Shown piece after piece: positions 1-10,139 of a stretch of DNA of 64,000 bases. Numbering within the stretch: the first letter of the stretch is position 1; every line of letters begins with the position of its first letter. The translations under genes were made by a program, and so were the position numbers. A model generated the notes under the pieces. That model ran no database searches and was not told the DNA's origin. It worked only from the letters and a program-made list of their open reading frames with translations. This DNA is from a virus. Where the stretch lies: IMG/VR virus record IMGVR_UViG_3300035659_000004, positions 36,139-100,138 of that record; one strand, written 5' to 3'.

Positions 1-800
1 TAGGGAAAATCTGTTAGGCATAGGTCTTTTGGAAAAGCTGCAACACGTTTCTTAATTTCAGAAAGAGATACCATGCCACGATAATCAGAGAGAATTGCAA
101 GAGCATCTTTTTCAGTGAGGCCCAGCATACTTTTCTGGAGGACTAGGGGGATGGGGAACTTACTTGTTTTTACTGCTTTCGTTACTTTTGGAGACAGCGT
201 CCTGTTTCCGTAAAGGCGTGCAGCATCGTACGTAGCTAAAAGGATATCGTAATCTTTTTCGATACTTAGTTGGAGAGCTTTGAGTTTATTTTGTCGTGTT
301 GTTCCTTTTAAAACTGCGGTATAGAGGGTACCGTTTGAGTGTAGTGCAATCTCATCCACCCAGTTGTCGATGGCTATGAGCGGCGCAATGATGAGGGCCT
401 TTTGTTTTAATTTTGTTAGGGCCTCAACGACCACCTTTGTTTTGCCCGTGCCCATCTCCCAGCGTAACGCCCATCGATAGTTATACAGGAGTTCCGCTAC
501 GCCTTCGTCTTGATGCGCGTAGTTTGGATAGGGTCCTAGCGAGGAGGTCTTTTTCACCTCTTCTAAAAGCACGGAATACGGAAGTACCCGGTCGATATGC
601 ACCTGAGCAGATTCGTCGTGTTCGATTTCTAGTGCTTGAAAATCATTGAGAACTTTTTCAATGAAGGGGGGATAGGCTGGATACATCCAAGCATTGTAGT
701 TTTTGAGGTATGTTCCTCCGAAGATGCGGGATAAGACGGGGTCCTCATCCTTAACGATAAATACAGGGGTTCCGGCAGAGAGCGCGAACGAAGCTTTCAT
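1..800 (-). CDS. SNF2-family helicase, 5' part (runs off the window start)
   Basis: Manual minus-strand translation from ATG at 800 (SD AAGGAG upstream): YAHQDEGV..RWEMGTGKT (Walker A, cf. DEMGLGKT)..ALIIAPL..NWVDEI..LATYD; open to position 1. Not in the supplied ORF track. Confidence 0.8.
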   Translation of the reverse strand, partial: MKASFALSAGTPVFIVKDEDPVLSRIFGGTYLKNYNAWMYPAYPPFIEKVLNDFQALEIEHDESAQVHIDRVLPYSVLLEEVKKTSSLGPYPNYAHQDEGVAELLYNYRWALRWEMGTGKTKVVVEALTKLKQKALIIAPLIAIDNWVDEIALHSNGTLYTAVLKGTTRQNKLKALQLSIEKDYDILLATYDAARLYGNRTLSPKVTKAVKTSKFPIPLVLQKSMLGLTEKDALAILSDYRGMVSLSEIKKRVAAFPKDLCLTDFP

Positions 801-860
801 TTGGGGTCTCCTTACGATAGAATTTGAACAGTCTCGCGAACGAAAAAAGAAAGTTGAATC

Positions 861-2600
861 ATGACAACGACTTCCGAAACGACGTTAATGTCCACGGGTG
901 GACTCGGGCACTCTAACCCGTATTTCACCTATAGTCAGCTCTTTGCGCCAAAGCGGTTAAAAGAACTTTTTAAAATGTGTGAGTACCTGTTTTATAACAG
1001 CCCACACATCTTCGCGGCGCTTCGGAAGTTTGGGGAATATCCGATAACAGAGATTACGTATGATACGGATAATGCTCAGTTAAAAGAGAAACAGAAGAGC
1101 CTTATGGAGAAAGTAATTCGCGCAAAAGAATTCCTTCTGAAGGCGACGCTGGATAAGTATATTTATGGAAATTCCTTCACTTCTATGTACCAACCGTTTG
1201 TCCGGTATTTGACTTGTCCCAAGTGTCGCGCCGCGACCAACATCAAGCACGTCGACTACTCTTTCACGCTGCAGACATTAACCTTTGCTTTTAAATGCAC
1301 GTCCTGTAGCAACCCGGTAACGGTGGGAGAGAAAAACGTGGAGGACCGAAAGTTGATGCTCACCAAGGACATCAACTTCATTAGGTGGGACCCGAAGTGC
1401 ATCGATATCGAGCACAACGTTTTCACTGGGGAATCCATTTACTACTATACGATCCCCGCGGACACCGCGGCGCAGGTTCGACGAGGGCAAAAGCACATCA
1501 TCGATACGACTCCCTGGGGTTTCCTGCAGGCCATCAAGGAGCACAAGCCCTTCAAGTTCGCGCCCGAGGCCATCTTCCATATGAAGTTCTGCGCGCCGGC
1601 AGGTGTGAATCCTCAGTGGGGCCTTCCTCCGTTGCTGCCGGCGTTGGACCGCTTCTTCTACACGCAAATTCTGCGGAAAGCGAATGAGGCCATCGCCCTC
1701 GAGCACCTCGTACCTTTCCGCATCGTATCCCCCGCTGCTTCTTCAAATAGCGGAGACCCTATTCAGTCTATCAACCTCGCGCGGTGGATAGAAAACATGA
1801 AGAAGAACGTGCAGGATTGGAGAAACGACCCCCTGCACATCATGTACGCGCCTGTCCCGGTAGCCGTCTCGCAGCTCAACGGACAGGGGCGAGCTCTGCT
1901 GACGCTAGGGGAAGTGCAGGAAGCGGAGAAGTCCCTCGTTGCGGCCCTCGGTATTCCCCTGGAGTTCCTCTACGGCGGACTCACGGGGCAGGGCATGAGC
2001 GCGACCCTACGCATGATTGAGAACCAGCTCGCGACGCACGTCAGCGACCTCACAGACCTTCTTCAGTGGATGAACGACTCCTGCAGCAAGTTCTTGGGTT
2101 GGGAATCCGTACAGGTGGGGTTGATTCCTTTCCGAATGGTGGACGACACGGAGAAGAAGACGATGCTCCTGCAGCTCTGGCAAGCTGGTTTGCAAGGGAT
2201 GGGTCCGCAGACTATCTCGACAACGACGATGGCGGAAATCAACGACATCGATGTTCAGAAGGAATACGGACGTATCAAAGAAGAGACGATACAAAACGCG
2301 CGCAGAGGCCAAGAGCTGCAGCGTGAGATGAGCAAGATGCAGAATACGATGGCTCAGGAAGTGCAGCAACAGGCCGGAGCAGCAGGTCCACAGGGCTATG
2401 ACCAGCAGCAAATCATCGCGCAAGCAGACCAGTTGGCTCAGCAGTTTTCACAGATGGACCCCTCGACACGACGAAGTCAATTGCATCAGCTGCAGACCGA
2501 GGACCTTGTGATGTATTCGGTCGTGATTCAGCGGCTTGAACAGCAGCAGACGGTTACGCGGCAGCAGGCGACTATTCAGACACAAGGGGGTATGGGATGA
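861..2600 (+). CDS. Putative portal protein with Zn-ribbon insertion and Q-rich C-terminus
   Basis: 579 aa; DKYIYGNSF, IFHMK, WGLPPL, ALGIPLEFL resemble portal motifs; CPKC..CTSC; first gene of the head block. Confidence 0.65.
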   Translation: MTTTSETTLMSTGGLGHSNPYFTYSQLFAPKRLKELFKMCEYLFYNSPHIFAALRKFGEYPITEITYDTDNAQLKEKQKSLMEKVIRAKEFLLKATLDKYIYGNSFTSMYQPFVRYLTCPKCRAATNIKHVDYSFTLQTLTFAFKCTSCSNPVTVGEKNVEDRKLMLTKDINFIRWDPKCIDIEHNVFTGESIYYYTIPADTAAQVRRGQKHIIDTTPWGFLQAIKEHKPFKFAPEAIFHMKFCAPAGVNPQWGLPPLLPALDRFFYTQILRKANEAIALEHLVPFRIVSPAASSNSGDPIQSINLARWIENMKKNVQDWRNDPLHIMYAPVPVAVSQLNGQGRALLTLGEVQEAEKSLVAALGIPLEFLYGGLTGQGMSATLRMIENQLATHVSDLTDLLQWMNDSCSKFLGWESVQVGLIPFRMVDDTEKKTMLLQLWQAGLQGMGPQTISTTTMAEINDIDVQKEYGRIKEETIQNARRGQELQREMSKMQNTMAQEVQQQAGAAGPQGYDQQQIIAQADQLAQQFSQMDPSTRRSQLHQLQTEDLVMYSVVIQRLEQQQTVTRQQATIQTQGGMG

Positions 2601-3151
2601 AAAGTTTCGTAGATGCCATCAATGAATCTCGTGCAAGTGCCATCGAGGACCCGGTTGCTCCGCTGGATAACATCGCAATGTTCATGCCCGAGCCCAAACA
2701 TCCCTTAAAAGGGAAGCCGACGAACTTCGGTCAGAGTTTGAATTGCTCAGGACACTCACGGGTCTTCGTGCTGTGGAGACCCTGGAGCCAATGTCACCGT
2801 TGCATCAAGGGTATCGAGCATGGAGACTACGTGCTTCCAGACGAAGGAGACCACGAATGCCCGCATACGATGCGCACGGATTATGAAGCGACCCTGAATC
2901 AAGGTCTTCGAGGCGATATCCTTTTTCAGACGCAGGAATATTTCACGCTGCACGACGGGACGCGCTGCTGCCATATGGTGTGGTTGACTCCCGACCTTAC
3001 AGCATCTGCGAAGGCCGCCAAACGACAAGAAGTAGCCGATATCTTTTCCCCTATGCACTCTTCTATCATCGCGGAACAAAAAGCGGAGGAAGAGGAAGAA
3101 GCAAAAAAAGAAGCCCTGGAGGCCTCTAATGAGAATCTGGACACGGATTGA
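2597..3151 (+). CDS. Hypothetical protein (Cys/His-rich, acidic tail)
   Basis: 184 aa ORF with ATGA overlap to the portal gene. Confidence 0.6.
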   Translation: MKSFVDAINESRASAIEDPVAPLDNIAMFMPEPKHPLKGKPTNFGQSLNCSGHSRVFVLWRPWSQCHRCIKGIEHGDYVLPDEGDHECPHTMRTDYEATLNQGLRGDILFQTQEYFTLHDGTRCCHMVWLTPDLTASAKAAKRQEVADIFSPMHSSIIAEQKAEEEEEAKKEALEASNENLDTD

Positions 3152-3227
3152 CTCTGCCTCCAGGGCCGAGCTTATTTACGCAACACAGCTAGAAGCAGTG
3201 CTGCTAGAATCAATCCGGGTTGGATGA
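3129..3227 (+). CDS. Possible 32 aa small protein
   Basis: GGAGG SD then ATG; MRIWTRIDSASRAELIYATQLEAVLLESIRVG; followed by hairpin TCACCTCCT/AGGGGGTGA. Confidence 0.3.
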   Translation: MRIWTRIDSASRAELIYATQLEAVLLESIRVG

Positions 3228-3306
3228 CCATTCGTTCTCACCTCCTCTCAGGGGGTGATGCAAAGGTCTCCTCTCTATATACTTGTACCCAAAGTCGAGG
3301 TCGTAT

Positions 3307-6300
3307 ATGAATTTGACACCCATCCTTCAAAGTCCAGATGAGAAGCGCGAACGTATTCGGAATAAGGTCGTGGAAGGACTGACAGAATCATTCCCAATTA
3401 CGGCGCGTAACAAAATCATAGAAGTGACAGATGTTTCTTTTACTCCTCGAGACTACACCTCGAACGAGCAAAAGATGGCTATCTTGAGAGGTGATTCTCT
3501 TTTCGAGACCGCGAAGGGGACAGTGAAAATAAAAGACGCGAAGACGGGTAAAGTCTTGGATGAAGCGAAGGGATTTACATTAGCTCGAGTACCGTGGTTT
3601 ACTCCACGACACACGCTTATTGTCGGAGGAAATGAATATTCGATTGCGAATATGGTGCGTCCTAAACCAGGGGTGTACGCTCGCAAGCGCGCTAATGGAA
3701 TTCTCGAAGCAAGTTTTAATACCATAGGTACTTCGAACTTTAATGTAACGATGGACCCTGAAAAAGGTGAGCCAGAACTCGAATATGAATCCTCGAAGAT
3801 TCCCCTTTACACCATTCTTCGTGCATCGGGTATGTCCCATGAGACTATCGCGAAGAAGTGGGGTACTGCTCTTGCGAATGAGAATCGAAAGAAGCTAGAA
3901 AAGAATCTTCCGCAACACGTAGACCGTCTTTATAAAAAAGTCGTACCGGCGTATGCCCTTCTTCCCGATCTTACTGTCGATGCGAAGATGGCTGAGATTG
4001 TTAAGCGTTATGGTACGGCTAAGATGGACCCAAAAGTAAATGAAAAAACGTTGGGACACGCGTATGGACACGTAACTCCTGACAGTCTTTTGGATGCATC
4101 AGCTAAAGTTTTGAGTATTTTCCGTAACCCAGAAGAAGTCGATGACCGAGATAATCTCGACTTCAAATCTTTGCGTTCAGTAGAGGACTTTTTCAAGGAG
4201 CGTATCCAACTCGATGCTCGAGACATTGGACGTAGAGCTGCTATTAAAATCGAGAATACCCCTGAGGTACGCAAGGCCATGGCTCCCGGGGCGTTCACTC
4301 CTGGCCTCGTCAAATTCATCACGGGCTCGCAGTTGGCAGCTGTTCCGACGCAGACCAACCCCATGGAGCTCATCGATGCCGCAGTACGTGTGACGGCATT
4401 GGGTGAAGGTGGTATTAGTTCCGAACGTGCTATTCCAATGGAAGCACGGATGATTCATCCGACGCAGATTGGAGCTATCGACCCTGTTCGAACGCCTGAG
4501 TCTTTTCGAGCGGGTATTGACGTCCGTGCTGCTATTGGAGCGCATCATGATAAAGATGGTAACATCTATGTTCCCATGTTCGATTTGGCGACGGGGAAAC
4601 AAAAGCATATTCGGGCAGGAGAAATTGCAACTTCAATCGTGGCATTCCCTCAGCAAGTTTTAAAGGGGAAGGTCTCAGCGCTTGTTAATGGACGTGTGGC
4701 GATGGTTCCTGCTAGTAAAGTTCAGTATCAAATACCACACTCATCTGCGATGTATGGACCTACTTCAAATCTCATTCCGTTCATCGAATCGTTGCAAGGG
4801 AATCGCCAACTGATGGGGTCCAAGCATCAGACCCAAGCTATCTCGTTAGTTGATCGAGAAGCTCCCTATGTACAGGTAATGGCGCCGGGTGGAAAATCTT
4901 TTGAGCATCTCATGGCGACGATTGTTAATCCAACAGCGCCAGTTGCGGGAACAATTGAGAAAGTAGATGGGGATTACATCTACATTCGACCACATGATAA
5001 GACAGCAGCCGTTAAAAAGGATAAAGACTCGGACCTCGTGCGCGTGTCATATGATACGTACTTGCCGATGGCTGCTAAGACCTATCTCAACCATACCGTC
5101 ACGGTGAAAGCGGGGGATGAGGTTAAGAAGGATGAGATCCTCGCGGAGTCTAATTTCACGAAAGATAAGACGCTAGCTCTCGGTAAAAATCTTTCCGTTG
5201 CATACATGCCTTATTACGGAGCAAATTCAAATGACGCGGTAGTTATCAGTTCCGGCGCCGCTAAAAAGCTGACGTCCGAACGTCTCTATAAAATTGTGCT
5301 CCCGCGTGACGCTGACATGGTTTTCAATAGTACGAAGCATAAGACGTATTACGGACATACCTACGGACATGACTATTACAAGGGCGTAGATGAAGAAGGA
5401 GTAGTACGCCCGGGTGCGAAAATTAATAGTGGGGAACCTGTCGTATTTGGGTTGCGGAAATCGACCCTGACTTCTGATGATATTCTTCTGGGACGTCTGC
5501 ACAAATCTCTCGTCCGACCTTTCCGAGATGCGACGCAGACCTGGGACCATGACCATCCCGGAGAAGTTATGGATGTCGTAAAGACGCCTAAGAGAATTGC
5601 AATCACAATAAAAACACAGGAACCTATGCAGATAGGTGATAAACTCTGTTACACGGAAGATACAGAAGTCCTGACGACAACGGGGTGGAAGTACATTGTA
5701 GATGTTACCACCGATGATATTTGTTATACGCTCGATACGCAGGGCATAATTCATTTATATAATCCTACACATACTAACTATTATTCTAAAGCAGGACAAC
5801 TTTTTTTAGTACGTTCACAGCATGCAGATTTATCTGTGACGTTGGACCATAGTCAGGTAATTAAAGATGGTGATAGGAATAAATTAGTCCCATCGCGTGA
5901 ATTGGTTAATAAGCCTTTTCAATTGGTGCGCACAGGAATTTGGACGCCGAAGAGTGCTCCTGAGTCAGACTCATGGTGTGCACTAGTTGGTTTATACGCC
6001 GTAAAAGGACATCTTATTCCTGCGACGCTTATACAGGGAGTTATGGACCATTCTGTAGAGATTTATCTACGTCCGCGTATGTTAGAAGAAGAACGTCCTT
6101 GGTTGGACCTTATTTTGCAAGATACGCACCTGAAAGATAAGAGTTATATTCAAGGTGATATTTTGATTATCCGAGACCGAGATTTTTATTTAAGTTGTCA
6201 AGTATTAGGGGACGTCGTAGAACGGCGACTTCCAACATTGGTATTCACTCTGGCTCCTAGCCAAGCCGGGATAATTATTGATAGCGTTTTAAAAGCCGCA

Positions 6301-8667
6301 GGTCATCAGACAGGACGAAGTCATATTCAGTACGGAGATGGGACTGATGTCTGTGTCGTGTATTCGCGGCAGTTAGCGGATGATCTACAGCGCTTGGCGC
6401 TACACGCGGGGTATTCTGCAAACATCGCAACGCATACAGTGAAACGCCCGCAATATGCGAAACGTTATTCGCTGCGGTTCCTCCGAAAACGTAGCAATCC
6501 GTTCATCAATAACCCGAGAGGTAACCAACAGAACACGCGAGTTATCGATTCAGATGCTCCAGTGTTTGGTATTACCATTCCAAATCACACCTTGTACGTG
6601 CGTGTGAATGGAAAGCCTGTGTGGTCAGGTAACTCCGGGCGATACGGGAATAAGGGTGTGGTATCTGAAATCGTTCCGGATGACCAGATGATTAAAGACG
6701 AAGCAGGACGACCTATCGATGTTCTTTTAACGTCAGCAGGTGTTGTCTCGCGCGTGAATCCCGCACAAATAATTGAGACAGCTGTAGGAAAGGTCGTCGA
6801 GAAGACGGGCAAGCCACTCATCGTCGAAAGCTTTTCAGGAAGAGATAATGTGAAGTGGGCGAAAGACCTTCTTCAGGAGCACGGTCTAAAAGACAAAGAG
6901 ATGGTTTTTGACCCGCGTTCTGGAAAGAGTATCCCGAACGTGATGGTGGGACGCCAATACATCTTCAAGATGTTCAAGTCCACGGACACCAACTACAGCG
7001 CACGAGGTGTGGATACCTACGACGCAAATCTTCAGCCTACGAAGGGTGGGTCTGAGAGTGCAAAGGCCATAGGTAAGATGGAGTTCGACGCGCTTGTCGC
7101 ACACAACGCCCGGAATGTGTTGCGTGAGTCTTCGGTCCTGAAGAGTCAGAAGAACGATGAGTACTGGAGAGCTCTTCAGCTAGGATATCCCACGCCTCCT
7201 CCGCGCACGTCTTTCGCTTCGGACAAGTTCTTCAATATGCTGACAGGCGCGGGAGTTCGTGTTGATCGTAAAGGCTCGAAGATAGGGTTGGCGCCTCTCA
7301 CAGACGCGGACGTGATGGAGATGTCGGCAGGTGAGATACAGGACGCGAAGCTCGTCAGTGCTAAGAATTTAATGCCTGAAAAGGGTGGGCTCTTTGATCC
7401 TGCAATCACCGGTGGAATGAAAGGAACGAAGTGGTCACATATCAATTTGGCCGAGCCTATTATCAATCCTATTTTTAATGACCCAGTTCGGCGGTTGTTA
7501 GGGATGACTAACGCGCAGCTCGATAATACCGTGCGCACAAAGGGTATCGGTTACGTTAAATCCGAGCTCGCGAAGATAGACGTCACGAAACGTGAGAGTG
7601 AACTCATGGATATGGCGAATAATAAGAAGGGAAATGTGCTCGATGATGTCACCAAGCAGATAAAGTATTTGCGGGCATTGAAGGCGCAGAACATATCTCC
7701 GGAGAAGGCTTACATCTCGAGCGTTATCCCGGTTCTTCCTCCGATCTTTCGCCCGGTGTTGCCAGGTAAGGGTGGGCAGGAGCTCATTTACGGCGACATC
7801 AATCCGCTGTACCGCGACTTGGTGTACGTGAACAACCAGTTCAAAGAGCTGAAGAAGTCTGGGAAGCTTCCTGACGAAGAGGCCAAGTTGCGAGGAACTC
7901 TCCAATCAGCGGTTGGAGCTGTGTATGGGATGAACGACCCCATCACACAGAAGTCAAAGAGTAGAAATCACAAGGGATTCCTGACGTATATCGCAGGACA
8001 GGGGAGCCCCAAGTACGGGTACGTGCATTCCAAGCTCCTGAAGAAACAGCAGGACTTGGCCGGCCGCGGAACGATTGTCCCGGATACGACTCTGGGAATG
8101 GACGAGGTCGGTCTCCCGGAGAATATGATTTGGACGATGTATAAACCGTTCATGATCACGCGCCTCGTGGGACAGGGGTATCCAGCGCTGCAGGCGAAGC
8201 AGATGGTCGATGATAAGCATCCCGCGGCGCGCGAGGCGATGATGCGCGAGACCCGGGAGCGGCCGGTCATGATCAACCGTGCGCCGACGCTGCATCGATA
8301 TGGAATAGTTGGAGCATATGCCATACCCAATGCCGGAAAGACCATAAGAATCAATCCTTTCGCGGAGGTAGGTACGAACAGCGATTTCGATGGGGATACG
8401 ATGATGGTCCACGTTCCAGCTGGAGCGAACGCTGTCGAAGATGTGAAGCGCATGACGCTTTCGAACACGCTTTATACTGACAAGATTCGCGGCGACCTAC
8501 TCGTGGCGCCTCGGATGGAATCGGTCATGGGGCTCGCGCAAGCTACGGCGGTTACGGGAAGCGGGAAGGCAAAGGTTTACCAAACCAAAGCCGAAGCGAT
8601 GGCGGACTACAATTCAGGAAAGATAGACCTGGGAACGAGGGTCACCATCAAGGACCGCAAGCCGTGA
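3307..8667 (+). CDS. Phage multisubunit RNA polymerase: beta fused to N-terminal half of beta', intein-containing
   Basis: Beta motifs HPTQIGAIDPVRTPE, NRQLMGSKHQTQA, ALGKNLSVAYMPYYG, GDKL/SGRYGNKGV, IGKMEFDAL; beta' motifs GLFDPAI, IPVLPPIFRP, NRAPTLHR, catalytic NSDFDGD (8377-8397). Start moved to ATG 3307 (GAGG SD). Confidence 0.92.
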   Translation: MNLTPILQSPDEKRERIRNKVVEGLTESFPITARNKIIEVTDVSFTPRDYTSNEQKMAILRGDSLFETAKGTVKIKDAKTGKVLDEAKGFTLARVPWFTPRHTLIVGGNEYSIANMVRPKPGVYARKRANGILEASFNTIGTSNFNVTMDPEKGEPELEYESSKIPLYTILRASGMSHETIAKKWGTALANENRKKLEKNLPQHVDRLYKKVVPAYALLPDLTVDAKMAEIVKRYGTAKMDPKVNEKTLGHAYGHVTPDSLLDASAKVLSIFRNPEEVDDRDNLDFKSLRSVEDFFKERIQLDARDIGRRAAIKIENTPEVRKAMAPGAFTPGLVKFITGSQLAAVPTQTNPMELIDAAVRVTALGEGGISSERAIPMEARMIHPTQIGAIDPVRTPESFRAGIDVRAAIGAHHDKDGNIYVPMFDLATGKQKHIRAGEIATSIVAFPQQVLKGKVSALVNGRVAMVPASKVQYQIPHSSAMYGPTSNLIPFIESLQGNRQLMGSKHQTQAISLVDREAPYVQVMAPGGKSFEHLMATIVNPTAPVAGTIEKVDGDYIYIRPHDKTAAVKKDKDSDLVRVSYDTYLPMAAKTYLNHTVTVKAGDEVKKDEILAESNFTKDKTLALGKNLSVAYMPYYGANSNDAVVISSGAAKKLTSERLYKIVLPRDADMVFNSTKHKTYYGHTYGHDYYKGVDEEGVVRPGAKINSGEPVVFGLRKSTLTSDDILLGRLHKSLVRPFRDATQTWDHDHPGEVMDVVKTPKRIAITIKTQEPMQIGDKLCYTEDTEVLTTTGWKYIVDVTTDDICYTLDTQGIIHLYNPTHTNYYSKAGQLFLVRSQHADLSVTLDHSQVIKDGDRNKLVPSRELVNKPFQLVRTGIWTPKSAPESDSWCALVGLYAVKGHLIPATLIQGVMDHSVEIYLRPRMLEEERPWLDLILQDTHLKDKSYIQGDILIIRDRDFYLSCQVLGDVVERRLPTLVFTLAPSQAGIIIDSVLKAAGHQTGRSHIQYGDGTDVCVVYSRQLADDLQRLALHAGYSANIATHTVKRPQYAKRYSLRFLRKRSNPFINNPRGNQQNTRVIDSDAPVFGITIPNHTLYVRVNGKPVWSGNSGRYGNKGVVSEIVPDDQMIKDEAGRPIDVLLTSAGVVSRVNPAQIIETAVGKVVEKTGKPLIVESFSGRDNVKWAKDLLQEHGLKDKEMVFDPRSGKSIPNVMVGRQYIFKMFKSTDTNYSARGVDTYDANLQPTKGGSESAKAIGKMEFDALVAHNARNVLRESSVLKSQKNDEYWRALQLGYPTPPPRTSFASDKFFNMLTGAGVRVDRKGSKIGLAPLTDADVMEMSAGEIQDAKLVSAKNLMPEKGGLFDPAITGGMKGTKWSHINLAEPIINPIFNDPVRRLLGMTNAQLDNTVRTKGIGYVKSELAKIDVTKRESELMDMANNKKGNVLDDVTKQIKYLRALKAQNISPEKAYISSVIPVLPPIFRPVLPGKGGQELIYGDINPLYRDLVYVNNQFKELKKSGKLPDEEAKLRGTLQSAVGAVYGMNDPITQKSKSRNHKGFLTYIAGQGSPKYGYVHSKLLKKQQDLAGRGTIVPDTTLGMDEVGLPENMIWTMYKPFMITRLVGQGYPALQAKQMVDDKHPAAREAMMRETRERPVMINRAPTLHRYGIVGAYAIPNAGKTIRINPFAEVGTNSDFDGDTMMVHVPAGANAVEDVKRMTLSNTLYTDKIRGDLLVAPRMESVMGLAQATAVTGSGKAKVYQTKAEAMADYNSGKIDLGTRVTIKDRKP
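5647..6633 (+). mobile_element. Intein (329 aa) with degenerate LAGLIDADG-like domain
   Basis: Begins CYTEDTEVLTTTGWK, ends NHTLYVRVNGKPVWSGN followed by Ser(+1); interrupts GDKL|SGRYGNKG; block-H-like SRQLADDLQRLA. Confidence 0.9.
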
Positions 8668-10136
8668 CAGATTCTCCGACGATCATCTCCGGACCGGACT
8701 ATACCCTGACTAAACAGGAAGTGGTCGATTACTATAAAGACCCGGGGGTTCGAGAAAAGCTTCTTCAGCATATCGGGAGCAACCCTGTTCTGACTGTGAT
8801 GCAGCGCACCCCCGGGGAGCCCATCTATCGACGCTACGACGCGAAGAAGCAGCCTCTTCTTCTGAATCCCCAGTCGTTAGACGACCTTACGAGGCAACGT
8901 ACCGTGGAGTTCCACTCTACCCTCGGCGAGGGTACACGGGAAATGTGGGTAGATTTGGACCCTGGCTCGGCGGTCTCTCCCGGCCGGCTCAAGCAGACGG
9001 TGAAGCACGTTGAAGACGTGTTGCGAAAACTCCCTCAGGTCACGAATACGAATATCGTTTTTTCAGGAGGTCGAGGCTACCACGTGCGCGCCGAGCTCGA
9101 GAAGGAGCTCAAGACAGACGCCGCCCGAAAGCTTCTTCAAAAGACGTTGCGCCCGCTGCAGACGTCGAGCCCCGACCTTGTGGATGCTCCTCCTGGAGGA
9201 ACTCAGATTCGCTTGGATACCTCGACGTTCCATGCCAAAGGGTCTGTGCGGGCGCCCTACTCTTTGAACGCGACGACGGGACTGGTAGCGTTGCCTGTGG
9301 CGCGTGAAAAGTTGGACATATTCGAGCCCAAGACTGATGCGTCCATCAAGAGTGTCTTGTCCCAAAAAGACATCGGGGAGTTTGCTCCAGGGATTCCTCG
9401 AGAGCGAACGACTCAGCTCCTGCCGACTGCCAAGGGCAAGGCCTGGACGCTTGCGATACAGAAGCACGTAGCTGAAAAGGCTGGACCGCATTGGGACTTG
9501 CGCCTCGTTGACCCCGAGACAGGACAGGCCCATTCCTGGGCGGTCCCTAAGGCTTCTTTTCCGGACTCCAAGCCACGCCTTGCTTTGCAGATGCCAACGC
9601 ATAGCGCGGACTACGCCCTTTCTTTTGGTGCGAAAGGTCCGCAAACTATTCGTGAAGGGTACGGTAAGGGCACGGTGGAGATGGCGCATAAGGAGCCTAT
9701 CCAAGTTTTGGAAATCAATCCAAATAAGGTTGTTTTTCAGCGCGGCTCCGGGGACACTCTGGCGATGCGTCGAACGAACGAAAACAAGTGGTTGCTCCGA
9801 AAGGCAACGAACATGACTGAGAAGAATGCTTTTTACGTTGCTGGATACCGCGCGGCGCTTGCCAAGCTTGGGGCAGCGGCAGTTAAACCTGTGGGAATGC
9901 GTGGAAAAGAGATGTCCTATGGAGAGGGAAACCGTCCCCTGGAAAGTGGAGATTCCCATCTTCCCGCGGGACAGGTTGCGATGATGTTCCAGCAGTTGCC
10001 CCGAGCTCAACGACGAGGTGGCAGTGTATCGTTGGAGAACTCGTCAGCCGTCGGAGATAACCATGCGGATTGGGGTCCAGCAATGGACGTCTCGAGTTTT
10101 GATGGAGCTTCTCCGTATATGGCAGGACGGAACTGA
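8664..10136 (+). CDS. LigD-like AEP primase-polymerase fused to LigD 3'-phosphoesterase domain, with extra C-terminal tail; no ligase domain
   Basis: AEP motifs VEFH, VDLDPG, SGGRGYHV, RAPYSL; PE motifs QKH..HWDLRL, SWAVPK, RLAL..H..Y, GYGKGTV. Confidence 0.85.
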   Translation: MTDSPTIISGPDYTLTKQEVVDYYKDPGVREKLLQHIGSNPVLTVMQRTPGEPIYRRYDAKKQPLLLNPQSLDDLTRQRTVEFHSTLGEGTREMWVDLDPGSAVSPGRLKQTVKHVEDVLRKLPQVTNTNIVFSGGRGYHVRAELEKELKTDAARKLLQKTLRPLQTSSPDLVDAPPGGTQIRLDTSTFHAKGSVRAPYSLNATTGLVALPVAREKLDIFEPKTDASIKSVLSQKDIGEFAPGIPRERTTQLLPTAKGKAWTLAIQKHVAEKAGPHWDLRLVDPETGQAHSWAVPKASFPDSKPRLALQMPTHSADYALSFGAKGPQTIREGYGKGTVEMAHKEPIQVLEINPNKVVFQRGSGDTLAMRRTNENKWLLRKATNMTEKNAFYVAGYRAALAKLGAAAVKPVGMRGKEMSYGEGNRPLESGDSHLPAGQVAMMFQQLPRAQRRGGSVSLENSSAVGDNHADWGPAMDVSSFDGASPYMAGRN

Positions 10137-10139
10137 TCC

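Noticed and set aside
413-649. 78 aa plus-strand ORF
   Set aside because: Antisense shadow of the helicase gene
9063-10010. 315 aa minus-strand ORF (likewise 35452-36501, 19493-20266 and other antisense ORFs)
   Set aside because: Antisense to motif-bearing genes and no recognisable motifs
8664-10136. Complete NHEJ system (LigD plus Ku)
   Set aside because: No ligase domain (no KxDG motif) and no Ku gene in the window
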